Source: the human T2T-CHM13v2.0 reference genome, Homo sapiens. Taken from it: a DNA stretch of 64,000 bases. The position numbers and the translations under genes are program-made. The stretch lies in NCBI RefSeq assembly GCF_009914755.1, contig NC_060926.1; one strand, 5' to 3'. A model generated the notes under the pieces. The model saw only the letters and a program-made list of their open reading frames with translations. It ran no database searches and was not told where the DNA came from. Shown here in pieces: positions 28,351-46,938 of this stretch (position 1 is its first letter; each line of letters opens with the position of its first letter).

Positions 28351-29066
28351 TACTTCAGTTGTTTTCTTGGAGGTTGCATGTGCCCAAGCACACAACCACA
28401 TACACAAACACAAATGAACAAGAAAAACGGATTTTTTTTGGTTACACACAAAATATCATATTCTATACATTTTTCTGCAACCTTGTATTTCACTTACTAT
28501 ATTAAGGAGTTTTCCTAAATAGAGGGATTCCCTCTTATCTCTAAGGGTTCCTCCCCTCTTCCATGAGGAGAGGTATAAACCAACTTTTTTTTTCTAACTA
28601 TATTTGAGAACCTCTATAAGCTCTGAATTAAATATTGAACTAACATTTGAAATGCAAGGATAAAAATTTAAACAATTTTTGAATTTGGAATTGTATTTAT
28701 AAAGCATCTCTTCATCATGATTTTAGCCTGAAGTTTTCATATAAATAGTAATATAAAATGTATGAAAGAGGGGTTATCATTTACATTTGATTAGAATTTG
28801 CAAAAAACTATTTTCATAAAACTTATTCTGTTTCTATCCTCTGTTTTACATGAAATTATTATGGTCATTTTTTTCATCAAAAAATATTTGCATTCTTTCA
28901 TATATCTTTATGACCATAGAGATAACAAAATAAGTTACGACTACTTGGCCTAATGGAATGAAAATAATAATAAACATTTACTGAGTGAATGTTTTGTTCT
29001 TGGCACCGTGCTTAAAAATTAAACCCTTTACATATACTAACTCCTTTAATTACCTTATAATTTTAG

Positions 29067-30288
<1,222 letters not shown>

Positions 30289-31488
30289 TCATTTGTTAAG
30301 GTTTTAAATTTTATAGTATTAAGTTTATTATTTTGATTTTGGTTTTTGATTTTGATACTTTATGCTATATGGTCCTATTTACATGTTGATCTTTGTGACA
30401 GGTATTTTAACAATGGACTTAAAGAGCCTGTGGATCCTAATATGAGAAATTATAAGTACAGTAGGGGTCACCTCTGGGATGTGTGACATCAGTTGGTAAC
30501 CTCAAAGTGAAACTGGAGTTTAGGGTGAAATAGGGCATAGAGTGGTGGGAAGTTGACCAAATTGTAGCCCTTCCTTTTGATTCAGTGTATTTAAGGATCC
30601 TTGTCAGAATGGAGTCCTTTTGGCTATAAGGAGAAGATCCAGACCTGGGACATGACTAATTAGAATCACAGTGTCTTCATTTTTGAAAACTTTTCCTTCC
30701 CCATTTGAAACTAGACCATTTTATAATTAGTAATTGGTACGTTAATAGTGCAAAAGATATTCAAACTGCACAGTATTTTTTGGTATTTTTTATTATTTCA
30801 TGTACAAAATTCAGAAGGTACAGAAGGGTATACACTAAGGGTCTTTTTCCCCAGAGACAGCCACTGGTACCAATTTTCTTTGTTACCATCTATTTTCTTC
30901 CAGATATAATTTACACACACATGCATTCTTTTTAGCAGTCCCATATAAAGGCAGTTGCTATACACACGGTACTGAGCCTTGAGGTTTTTCACTTAACAGT
31001 ATATCATGGAGATTATTTCATGTCTGTATATTGTGAATTTCCTTATTCATTTTTATAGCTGCACAGTACTCTGTTATAAAGGTATACCATAATTTATTTA
31101 GCCAAACCTAAATAAATCTAACTTACTTACATTGTTTCAGTCTTACTTGTAAGAACAGTGCTACAGGGAATAATAGGCAAGTCATTTTGTACATAAAGAT
31201 GTGCATTTGGTATCTGTGCAGGATAAATTGTTAAATAAGGGGTTGCTGTGTCAGTTTGCGCATTTATAACTTTGACAGCAGGTGCTGAATATCCCCCCAT
31301 AAAGGCTGTATGCTCCCACTAACAATATAGGAGAGTTTATATTAGCAAATTGCTCAATCTTGTTGAAGCTTTAACTTTCATTTCCCTTCTTATCAGTGAG
31401 GTTGAGCATAGTTTCATGTGCTAGGAACTCATTTGTATTTTCTTTCCCAATACACTTTTTAAATTCTGGGTTTGGTATAACTACTTAA

Positions 31489-31813
<325 letters not shown>

Positions 31814-32360
31814 TGAAGATACTTATGGCAAGACTAGACATAATATAGAAGTTAATATTACAAGCTCTGGAGTCTCAGGTTTATTTCTTGGCTTTGCCGC
31901 TTGTAACACCTTAGGCAACTTACATGTGTTAAGTCAGATAAAGCATATGAAAGCACAGTGCCTAGCACATAAGAGCACAAGAATGTTAGCTATTATTAGT
32001 GTGCCTGGTGCGTGCTAATAATAACTGACATTATTAGCTATTATATGTTAGTTAACTATGGTAACTCTAGTTATTATATATAGTTAACTTTGTTCCATAA
32101 ATGCTTTATTTGTAGTATAATTATAATTATGTAAAAATACTAATTTTTTATTAGCAATAAAAATGAAGTATGCCAAAATATTAATTGTAATTAATACCAG
32201 TTAAGTAACTGGTGCCAGGAGAATTTTGAGTAATTTGTGTTAATTATTTTTAATGTCTAATTTTTTTGTAATGGAAATATGTTTTATAATAGAAAAATAT
32301 GGTAGACATTGTTGTGAAATGATTTTTGTTAAATACACCTCCCCTCTTTTTTCATTACAG

Positions 32361-32453
32361 ACAGAGAGTGCATGGGCTGAAGAATACTCTGAAAAGAAGA
32401 AAGGGTCTCACAAGCGCTCAGCATCTTGGGGCAGTACAGATCAACTTAAGGAG
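32361..32453 (+). CDS. FAM117B: FAM117B internal coding exon (likely exon 3), 93 nt, phase 0/0
   Basis: Polypyrimidine tract then ttacag|ACA; donor GAG|gtcaga. Encodes TESAWAEEYSEKKKGSHKRSASWGSTDQLKE, including the family motif HKRSASWGS. Confidence 0.95.
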
Positions 32454-32674
32454 GTCAGAAAAATGGTTCTAAGATAGTGGGTGTGGAAATATGATCCTTT
32501 TGTTGGCTATTTCCTTGATATTATGGGCAGCAAGGATTTGTCGTTTTCCATTGATTTCTTTTTTCTTTTTGGCTTCTGAAATAACAAAAACAATTATTGT
32601 GTTGATTTAATAAAGATTTCAATAGGGATATTTATATATCACTTACCTGATTATGTATGTTTGTCTTTTTTTAG

Positions 32675-33144
<470 letters not shown>

Positions 33145-33544
33145 TGATTACCATTTTCTGTGCTGCTAATTAGTGACATTTTCATTTCACACATAATGTA
33201 GAAATGCAAAAACTCGGTCAAAGAATAAATAAGATATTCATTGGAATTGCATTCGTTATTTAAAGATGATATCTGTGAATATATTTCATGACTTGAGTTG
33301 ATTTTTAAATACTGTGTAATTTTTGGAACTGTTGAAAGCTAGGTGTTCAATAAATCTAAATTGAAATAAAAATTAACTTATGGTAAAGGCAATGAGAATG
33401 ATTGTTATTTTTTTAATTCTTCGTGAAAACTGTAATGTAATTTATTCTAAGTGCTGAAAACTATTTGTGTAGTACTTGGGAAGCTCGAAGGCTGAGAACA
33501 ATGTTGGAACATATACACATACATGCATGTGTAGATGTGTATAA

Positions 33545-33922
<378 letters not shown>

Positions 33923-34197
33923 TGATTTAAATACTGAATCACAGTCTTTATAAGAAAACAGAATATTAAGTTGACAAAATGATATTTTCCTTTAGTGACC
34001 TAAGATACGACTTCTAGGAGACATAGCTACTTATCTATTTTGGTTTACCATATTTTTGGCTTTATCAGTTCAATATTTTGGAGGCAGAATGACACAGAGA
34101 ATTAAGCATTGGGTATGGAACAGGCCCTGGCTGAATAACTTATCTTTTCTAAGTCTCAGTTTCCTCATGTGAAGATGGGAATAATAATACCTGTCTC

Positions 34198-34400
34198 GGG
34201 CGGGGAACATCACACACCAGGGCCTGTTGTGGGCTGGGGCGATGGGAGAGGGATAGCATTAGAAGAAATACCTAATGTAAATGATGAGTTAATGGGTACA
34301 GCAAACCAAAACGGCACATGGGTATGTATGTAACAAACCTGCATGTTGTGCACATGTACCCTAGAATTTAAAGTATAATTTAAAAAAATGTAAAAAAAAA
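34198..34400 (+). mobile_element. Short L1PA 3' end inserted into a MIR (about 34085-34430)
   Basis: ggggaacatcacacaccagggcctgttg...aagtataat..A tail; TSD aatac/gctgtctc. Confidence 0.88.
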
Positions 34401-34726
34401 AATAGCTGTCTCATAGAAGTCTTTTGATAGAGACAAACCTTTATCTGCTTTGATTTTTTAGTAGAACCCATGAACTGCTCTTGATGGCTCATCCATCCAA
34501 AGAACACTTTTTTTTTACTGAATTGAAATTGGATGAGATCTCTTGGCAAGGAGAAAGCAAGTTCATTTCAGGTCTTTTCAGGATCTTTCAAGTTCCAGAA
34601 TTGAAGCTTTGGGAATGAGGAAGGCTGGATTGAATTTTCCATGTTAACAGTAAGGCAGCAGGGCCTGGAAGGTAGAGGGAAACTAGAAGGCTTAGTTCTG
34701 TGACTCTCAGGTTGTTTTATAATACT

Positions 34727-35278
34727 GGAGTTGGCAAACTGTGGCCCGGGAGCCAAGAATGTCCCACCATGTGTTTCTGTAAATAAGGTTTTATTAGAAA
34801 ACAGTCACTCTCATTTTTTATGTATTGTCTATTGCTCCTTTTTGTGCCACAAAAATATACATTTGACTCTCTATATCTTCAGGTTTTGCATTTATGGATT
34901 CAACCAACCATGGATCAAACATATTTTTGGAAAAATAGAATAGAATATGTATAAATATAAATATATTTTAAAATATAATTAAAAGTACAAATAAAAATAC
35001 AGTATGACAACTATTTACATAGTATTTACATTGTATTAGGTATTATAAGTAATCTGGAGATTATTTAAAATATACAGGAGGATGTTCCTAAATCATAATG
35101 CACTTACCATGCCATTTTATATAAGGGACTTGAGTATCTGTGGATTTTGGTATTTGGAGGGGGGTCCTGTCCTGGAACCAGTCTTCTGAAATTGAGTAGT
35201 TGAAACAGAGACTGTCTGGTTCACGAAGCCTAAAATACTTACTGTTTGGCCCTTTACAGATAAGGCAGGCCAACCCCT
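34727..35278. mobile_element. MER58A with nested Tigger3/MER7-type element (about 34858-35187)
   Basis: MER58 ends gttggcaaac...gccaacccct; internal ggattcaaccaacc...gtattaggtattataagtaatct..gagat...ggattttggtat typical of Tigger3. Confidence 0.75.
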
Positions 35279-35427
35279 TTTATAGTTTGGTAGTGTCTGA
35301 TGTTTGTTAAATGTATAGATTGTTTGCAATGGAAAGTATGGGTAAAGGTATAGACTTTTTCAAACTGATTTTGCCCCAAAATATTAATACTCGGGTCAGA
35401 TTTGATTTCACAGGTTTATAGAGATTG

Positions 35428-35734
35428 TTTTTTGTTTGTTTTGAGACAGGGTCTTGCTCTGTCACCCAGGCTGGAGTGCAGCAGGGTGATCACAGATTCA
35501 CTATAGCCTCGACTTCCTGGGTTTATGTGATCCTCCCACCTCAGCCTGCTGAGTAGATGAGACTACATATGTGCACCACCATGCCTGGCTAATATTTTTT
35601 ATTTTTTATTTTTATTTTTGTAGAGATGGGGTCTGTGTTGCCCAAGCTGGTCACTAACTCCTGGCTTTGAGTGATTCTCCCACCTTAGCCTCTCAAAGTG
35701 TTGGAATTACAGGCATGAGCCACTATGTCCAGCC
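35428..35734 (-). mobile_element. Alu (AluJ-like)
   Basis: Reverse dimer. Confidence 0.9.
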
Positions 35735-36497
35735 AAATTTATAGTTCGATTATAATTTCCAGTAACTTTTTTCTATATTTGATATTTTAATTAAAAACAT
35801 GGTTATACATTAGTATTCGTGTATATTCTGTACAAACTAGATTTATTTCTGGAGAAATAGAAATTTTAAATTGACAAAATAAGAAATGAAAAATTTGTAA
35901 AGACTAATAACTTTTGAATTTGGAATGTTAATTAAAAACCCAGTCTCACTCTCAAGAGGCTGAAGACCCAGATGATTTTACAGATGAATTTGCCAACCTT
36001 CCCCTTCCTCTCATTCATTCATAAATAAATGGTATGTGTTTCTAAAAAATAAGGCCACTTTTTACTCCCAGTCCATATTTTTACTCCAAGTAGAATAGGG
36101 ATTAGGATGGAATTTTATTGAATTAAGTGGCTAGTTTTAGGACTTCAGAAGTTTCTGAAGTGATTATTTTTTAAACTTGTGTTAAAACCAACAATTTTAA
36201 AGTGGTTATTCAAATTTTCATTTTTTTCTTCTTGCAAGTTGAATTTACTTAATAAAGATTATTGGAATTTACTTGAAATTTATATTTAATTTAAAAACAT
36301 TTCCTTGCAGAGAGGGTAAGGACAAGAAAATAGAGAAACTTGAAAAATAGTTCATCTAGTTTGAGTTTTGTACACTTGACACATCAAGCGTCTTAACTGT
36401 TTCTCCCATTTTATTTAGTGTTATCAGCCAACCGCAAGTCAGGCACATGTGCATCATGATAGTAATGACAGTAGTACTCATGTTTAATTGAAACTCA

Positions 36498-36833
<336 letters not shown>

Positions 36834-36904
36834 CTATTAAGTTATTGTTTTGGTGGGTTCTCTATCTAGTGGAGAAAAGTGCCACACGATACATGTGTAC
36901 TTCT

Positions 36905-37755
36905 GAGGCCATTCATCAGCCCATACAATATTTATTAATCATTTTGGCCTGTGACCGTAGTACTCATTAGGGGATGTGGTGATAAAAGAAATATTGTCTG
37001 TCCTTACCAGTTCTCATATTAAAGAGATATGAGTAAACAGTTAATTATAACACTGTATAATGAATGTGTTGATAGGGAGAATTCAGAATGCAACAGAAGA
37101 TGTGTTTATTTGGAAAAGGATGGAGTCATCTAGAAAGACGTCTCAGAGAAAATGGTGTCTAGCTGATCCCTGAAAGATAAGTATAAGGTGGAAAAAGTCA
37201 TGTCCCCAGATAGGAGTAGTGGTAAGAGATTAGGCAGGATAGAGAGGTAAATAGCAGCCAAACCTGAAAGTCTCCATGTTCGCTTATTAAGACATTTAGA
37301 CTTCAACCTAGGCTATTTTTTAAAATGCAGGATATGGATATGTGACTATTTCATAATGGTCATTATGGGGTCAGATATAGAACGAATTGGGAAGAGACAA
37401 GATTAGAAGTAGGGAAATAATTTAAGAATAGGATTTAGTGATCCAAGTAAGAAATGATGGCCTCTAGTAGGGTAGAAACTTTTAAACTGCTGAGGATGAA
37501 CTTGAGTGATATTTAGAAGGTAAGAATTAATAGTTGAATTCTATTAAAAGGGTTTACTATGGTAAGCATTTGGATACATTATTGGCATTCAATCCTCATC
37601 TTTAAGGTGGGGTTTGTTAGTCTCTCCATTTTATAGACAAGAACATCAAGGCCCAGAGAGGTCAGGTATATTGTTTAAGGTCACACGAGACAGCCAGAAT
37701 TCTAACCTAGGCATTGTAACCTCAGAGTCTGAGGTTTTTAAACTCTGTGCTAGCT
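36905..37755. mobile_element. L2 fragments with embedded MIR (about 37550-37750)
   Basis: cattcatc...aatatttatt; ccattttatagacaag...aggcccagagaggt...aaggtcacac. Confidence 0.55.
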
Positions 37756-37832
37756 GATGGTTGACAATATTTGAGAAAAATAGAGATGAAAGTTAAGGAT
37801 GATGTCAATTTTAACTTTTAAAATATGATTTA

Positions 37833-38153
<321 letters not shown>

Positions 38154-38777
38154 TTAGAAGTTTATCTATCTACCTCAGCACCATATATAAAAGTAACTCA
38201 AAATCGTCAAGGACCTAAATGTAAGAGCTAAACCTAACAGCTCTTAGAAGAAAATGTAGTCATAACATTTGTGACATTGCGTTAGGCAATGGCTTCTTAG
38301 AAATGACACTAAAAGCAAAAGCAAGAAAAGAAGTAGATAAATTGTACTTTATCAAAATTAAAAACTTGTGATTCTAAGGGCATCATCAAGAATGTGAAAA
38401 GATAACCCACAGAATAGGATAACCCACAAATCATATATCTGATAAGGCATTTGTGTCTAAATTACATAAAGAACTCTTGCAACTCAGTAACTCACAAATC
38501 ATATATCTGATAAGGCATTTGTGTCTAAACTACGTAAACAACTCTTGCAACTCAGTAATTTAACAAAAACATTTAAAAATGGGCACAGGATCTGAACAGA
38601 GAGTTCTCCAAGGAAGATGTACAAATAGCCAATAAGCACATGAAGAAGATGCTCAATATAATTTGTCAATGGGGAAATGCAATTCAAAACTCCAGTGAAA
38701 TACCAGTTCATATGCATTAGAATGCTGTAATTTAAAAGACAGATAATAAGTGTCAGGGGAGGATGTGGAGAAATTGG

Positions 38778-38780
<3 letters not shown>

Positions 38781-38824
<44 letters not shown>

Positions 38825-38835
38825 AGAGAGAGAGA
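38781..38835. repeat. (AT)20 followed by short (GA)n
   Basis: Direct reading. Confidence 0.97.
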
Positions 38836-38864
38836 AGCTCCTTCTCAATTAAAAAATATATAAA

Positions 38865-39645
<781 letters not shown>

Positions 39646-39986
39646 GAACTTTGATATATTAATGGTAGGAATGTAAACAGTTGCTTTGGAGAATAATGTG
39701 GCAGTTCCTCAAAAGATTAAACGTGGAATTGCCAAATGGCCCGGCACTTCCTCTCCTAGGTATATACCCAAGAGAATTGAAAATATATGTCCACATAAAA
39801 ACTTGTACATGTATGTTAATGGCAGCATTATTCATAATAGCCAAAATGTAGAAAAAACCCAATGTCTATCAGCTGATAAAAGGGTAAATAAAATGTGGTA
39901 TATCCATATGATGGAATTTTATTTGATCATAAAAAAGAATGGAGTACCAGTACATGCGACAACATGCCTGAACCTTGAAAACATTA

Positions 39987-40375
<389 letters not shown>

Positions 40376-40425
40376 TTAGGAAATACCCAAAATAGGCAAA
40401 CCCATAGAGATAGAGAATAGACTGG

Positions 40426-41553
40426 TATCGGGGGAACCGCCCCCAATATTTCAACGTAGGTTCTATTTTCCCTAAGTGTCGGCTAGTCTGAGAAATAAAG
40501 AGAAAGAGTACAAAGAGAGGAATTTTACAGCTGGGCTGCTGGGGGTGACATCACATATTGGTAGGTCTGTAATGTCCGCCTGAGCCGCAAAACCAGCAGG
40601 TTTTCATTAAGGACTTTAAAAGGGGAGGGGGTGTATGAACAGGGAGTAGGTCACAAAGATCACATGCTATAAAGGGCAATAAAGATCACAAGGCAAAGGG
40701 CAAAGCAAAGATCACAAGGCAAAGGGCAAACTTAGAATTACTGATGAGCTTCTGTGTTCAGCTGTGCACATATTGTCTTGATAAACGTCTTAAACAACAG
40801 AAAACAGGGTTCAAGAGCAGAGAACTGGTCTGACCTCAAATTTACCAGGACGGGATCTTTTCCCCACCCTAATAAGCCTGAGGGTACTACAGGAGACCAG
40901 GGCATATTTCAGTCCTCATCTCAACCGCATAAGACAGACACTCCCAGAGCGGCTGTTTATAGACCTCCCCCCAGGAATGTATTCCTTCCCCAGGGTATTA
41001 ATTATTAATATTCCTTGCTGGGAAAAGAATTCAGTGATATCTCTCCTACTTGCACGTCCATTTATAGGCTCTCTGTAAGAAGAAAAATATGGCTCTATTC
41101 TGCCCGACCCTGCAGGCAGTCAGAACTTTGGTTGTCTTCCCTTGTTCCCTAAAATCGCTGTTATTCTGTTCGTTTTCAAGGTGCACTGATTTCATATTGT
41201 TCACCCATGTTTTACAATCAGATTTCATATTGTTCAAACACACATGTTGTACAATCAATTTGTACAATAGTGTTCCTGAGGTGATGTACATTCTCAGCTT
41301 ACAAAGATAACAGGATTAAGAGATTAAAGTAAAAACAGGCATAAGAAATTATAAGAGTATTATTTGGGAACTGATAAATGTCCATGAAATCTTCACAATT
41401 TATGTTCAGGGATTGCAGTAAAGACAGGCATAAGAAATTATAAAAGTATTAATTTTGGGAACCGATAAATGTCCATGAAATCTTCACAATTTATGTTCCT
41501 CTGCTGCGGCTCCAGCCAGTCCCTCTGTTCGGGTTCCCTGACTTCCCACAGCA
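40426..41553 (-). mobile_element. MER11 solo LTR (HERV-K11/HML-8), 1128 bp
   Basis: Reverse strand starts tgctgtgggaagtcagggaacccgaac and ends ggttcccccgata; 6-bp TSD gactgg at 40420-40425 and 41554-41559. Confidence 0.92.
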
Positions 41554-41694
41554 GACTGGTGGTTGAGTAGGGCTGGGAAAGTTGGGGAGAAATGATGAAC
41601 GACTGCTAATGAGGGGCTGCTTTTGGTATGATTTGAAAATAGATTGCAGTGATGGTCACACAACTCTGTTCAATACCATTAAAAAACCAAAGTT

Positions 41695-41830
41695 AGCTGG
41701 GTGTGGTGGTACCCGTTGTAGTCCCAGCTACTAGGGAGGCTGAGGTGGGGGGATTACTTGAGCCCAGGAGTTCAAGACCAGCCTGGGCAACATAATGAGA
41801 CCCTGTCTCTTAAAAACAGCAACAACAAAA
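41695..41830 (+). mobile_element. FLAM-like Alu monomer
   Basis: Single monomer ending gagaccctgtctc plus A-rich tail. Confidence 0.8.
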
Positions 41831-43213
41831 AACCCATAGTTGTACAATTTAAATGAGTGAATTGTATGGTATTATACATTATATTCTAGTAAAGCTTTTA
41901 AAGAAATGTCAACCAACATGAAAAACACAAATATATAAAATACAAATACAGTTGTCTAGAAATAGTAAATTAAATTAGATGCTTAAAAAGAACCAAAAAA
42001 GTAAACAGGGAGGTTATTTAACAGTGCACTCTGAGGTCAGACTGTTTGGCTTGAAGTGTTGAGTCCTGCTGCCTGCTAGAGGTGTGAAGTTCCTCAGTTT
42101 CTCTGCATAGTAATATTACCTGTTCGTTGTGTTGTCCAGAGGCTTAAATGGGATAAAATGTTATAAAACTCTTTATGCAATTCTAAGTACATAGTAATTT
42201 CTCAGTATCTTAGGCCATTTGAGGGAGCACCTAAATGTAAAAGATGTAAACAGACTTGGTTTCCTTGCCAATTTCTTGTTAAACTTTTTAAAGCTTTTAT
42301 TATTACAAAAGTACTCACAAGCTCATTATAGAAATTTTAGAAGCTAAGAAAAGTCGAATAGAAAAATTATCTCTAAAGAATTTTTTTAATGAAATAGGAA
42401 AATTTCCAAAAGAGAGCTGTATTTCTGTATCTTTCTCCCCTATTGCTGACATTTTTTTTCTTTTAAGTGTTTTATTCTTTGCATTCCTCATTGAGAGCAT
42501 ATTATATGTTAGATTACACTGCCTTTTTGTATTTAACATGGAACATTGTGAGTATTACAAATGCTTCATTTTTGCTGTCTTAGATTCTGTAGAACATTTT
42601 CCTAGTTAAGGTTATTTAGTTGGGTCCATTTTGTGTGTGTGTGGACTTAAAGCTTTTTCAGTATTTATTCTTTTCCCAAGATAGGTTTTTATATTATTTG
42701 ATTAGGAAGCTTGAGTATTTGGGGGATTCTTTGTGTGTTTTTCTGAGACTTTTTACAAGTTATTACAGTATTTTGTTTGTATTTCACGATATGCAGAAGA
42801 TGATTTTTACTAGGAAATTAATCTCTTAACATTGAAGGGACAGTATTGCTGTTAGGATAGTGGTGTAGTCTACAGCTACTAGTTAACAAAAGATAGTTTT
42901 TCTTGGGCTTACAGTTAGAAAAGAATTCTCACATACTTTTCTGCATGTTTTTTTCCCCTGGAAATTCAGGGGAGATTATTCATTAGGAAGAATAAATACT
43001 GCCAGGTTTCTTAGAGCTAGAGTCTTTCACATTTCAAAGGTTTCCCCAAATGACAAAACCGTCAGATGTTTAAATGAAATTGTCTCATTAGAAAATATAG
43101 CCAACACATTTCAGAATTATTTGATTGAGTGTTAGAGTCTGATGTTAGTAACAAGAGTGGGAGATGCCAGCATCTTCACAGTCACATAAACTAATTTTGA
43201 GGTAAGAATTTTA

Positions 43214-43388
43214 TTTTTTTATTATTTTTTACAGTAGTTATGTTTTTTTTATTATACTTTAAGTTTTAGGGTACATGTGCACAACGTGCAGGTTTGTTAC
43301 ATATATATACATGTGTCATGTTGGTGTGCTGCACCCATTAACTCATCATTTAACATTAGATATATCTCCTAATGCTATCCCTACCCCC
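43214..43388 (-). mobile_element. Very short young L1PA 3' end
   Basis: attatactttaagttttagggtacatgtgcacaacgtgcagg; 15-bp TSD gaggtaagaatttta at 43199-43213 and 43389-43403. Confidence 0.93.
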
Positions 43389-43927
43389 GAGGTAAGAATT
43401 TTAAAAGTGTGTGGGTGTTTTGTGGCTGTTACTATAGCCTCAAGCAAGAAAGCCCTTCCATAGGATTTTCTTATTTCTTCATCTGGGCTGAAGACGCTTA
43501 CTAGCCTAGGAGGGTTTGAGAGCCAAGAGACAGTGAGGTAGAAAAAGAAACTTACTTTTCTCTGAGGAATGGAAGGTGCATTGTAATTTGAAAATGAAAA
43601 TTACTGCCCTACACTAAAATCTTGGGATGTCAGTCCAAAACAGAGCATGAATGTTATTTAATTTTTAAAAGTTTTTTGCCGTTTCAAAATTGAGAGAATA
43701 GGTACTTTTGCTGTGACCTTTATTACAGAATATAACTGCAGCTTGGAAGAGCTGTAAAGGTAGGTACCAGATGAGAGGACAGTGATTGCTGGAGGACAGA
43801 AATGAAGTAACAGTGACAGGATATTAAGAATGAAGGCCACATGGTGGTCTGGAGTCAAAGGCCCTTAAGATTGGAAAGCTTTTTTTCAGGTGCTTACTAA
43901 TTTTTTTACCATTCTAAACAAGTTTTT

Positions 43928-44215
43928 GGCTGGGCGCAGGGCAGTGGCTTAAGCCTATAATCCCAGCACTTTGGGAGTTCGACGTAGATGGATCACTTGA
44001 GCCCAGGAGTTCGAGACCAGCCTGGGCAACCTGGTGAAACCCTGTCTCATCAAAATATACAAAAAATTAGCCAGGTGTGGTGGCACATACCTGTAGTCCC
44101 AGCTACACAGGAGGTTGAGGTGGGAGAATCACCTGAGCCAGGGAAGTCAAGGCTGCAGTGAGCCGTTATTGCCCCTACCGCACTCTAGCCTGGACAACAG
44201 AGGGAGACCCTGCTT
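43928..44215 (+). mobile_element. Alu (AluJ-like)
   Basis: Dimeric Alu with degraded tail. Confidence 0.9.
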
Positions 44216-44744
44216 TAGTCCATCAATCAGCAATCAGCCAATCATCAGTTTTCACCTCCCTTTGGTTGTATTAGGGTTTCTGGCTCATTTTTCTCTCATG
44301 AAACTCTGTTGAATTCCTGTATAGACCTTTCTCCATCCTACTTGCCTATCAAAGCACATTTTCATAAAAAAAAAAATTAATGCTATATCTCTTTCCCCTA
44401 CTCAGCTACTGCTTATCACCAGTGTACCACAGATGAGCCAATGCTAGGCTGCTGATGGGACTTGTGGGAAGTGAGGGAAGTTGTTGGCTTTTAGCATTAA
44501 AATGAAAGGAGTCAAAAACAGCAACTCTAAAAGACAGGAAGCTGACTGGGCTAGTCAGTTGACTTCATCTATAACAGGTACACCTAACTTTTAAGGTATA
44601 CCTAAGTCATACGTGGACTGAATTAAAAAAAAAAAATTCTTCCCACATTTTATTATTTACTTCAGCATGTAACTGTCTCTAGGAAAGGACCTAAAGAGAC
44701 AATATTAGGCAGGTAAAGATATGACCCTGTCATCTTTTTCCTCT

Positions 44745-45765
<1,021 letters not shown>

Positions 45766-46312
45766 TAGTCTTTAAAGAAACAACTTTCAGTCTTGAATCA
45801 GAACAACCTACTTATAATTATCACAGAAGATCACAAGACTTCATTTTTCTGTCAACTCAAGTTTGTGGAAGTGAGGACATCTTTAAGGGAAATGGAGAAT
45901 TTATAAAAAAAGAAGACATCAGTTCAGACTATCTTAAATAAATATATTTCTGAATTATCTAAGATTAGTGAAGTACTCATTTTAGAAAATTTCTGATTAT
46001 CAAAGGATAGGAAACTACTTTTAGAAGAATTGAAAATTTCAAAAGATAAAAATTAAGAATCACATACTCTCACTGTATAGGGATAACTTTTCAATATTTG
46101 GGGGCATTTTAAATTTGGTAGGATGTAAGTTTAGTCCTGATTCTGTGACCCTAGATTATTAGCTTCTCAGAGTCTCATTTTTTCAGTGTAAAATGGGGGT
46201 AGTAACTGCCTATTTTTATAGAGAGAGCTTTTGTAAAAGTAAATAAAATAATGTATATAAACTGCTTAGAGCAATGCCTAGCACATATTAAGTGCTTAAT
46301 AAGTGCTACTTA

Positions 46313-46705
<393 letters not shown>

Positions 46706-46799
46706 TTAATATTTTGTTAACATTGTTGAGGTTGTCCAAAGCATCATTTTTAATGGTCCTGTGGTATATCATATTATGGATATTCTATGCTTTTCTATG

Positions 46800-46938
46800 C
46801 CTGCTTTCTTCCTTTCCTTTTCCTTTTCCCTTTTCCTTCCCTTTCCGTCTGTCTTTCTGTCTGTCTTCCTGTCTGTCTGTCTGTCCTTCCCTCCCCTCCC
46901 CTCCCCTCCCTCCCTCCCTCGATCCCTCCCTTCCTTCC
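46800..46938. repeat. Compound pyrimidine-rich simple repeat (TTTCC/CTGT/CCCT/CCTT)
   Basis: Direct reading; sits where the tail of the antisense AluJ at about 46939-47213 should be. Confidence 0.9.
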
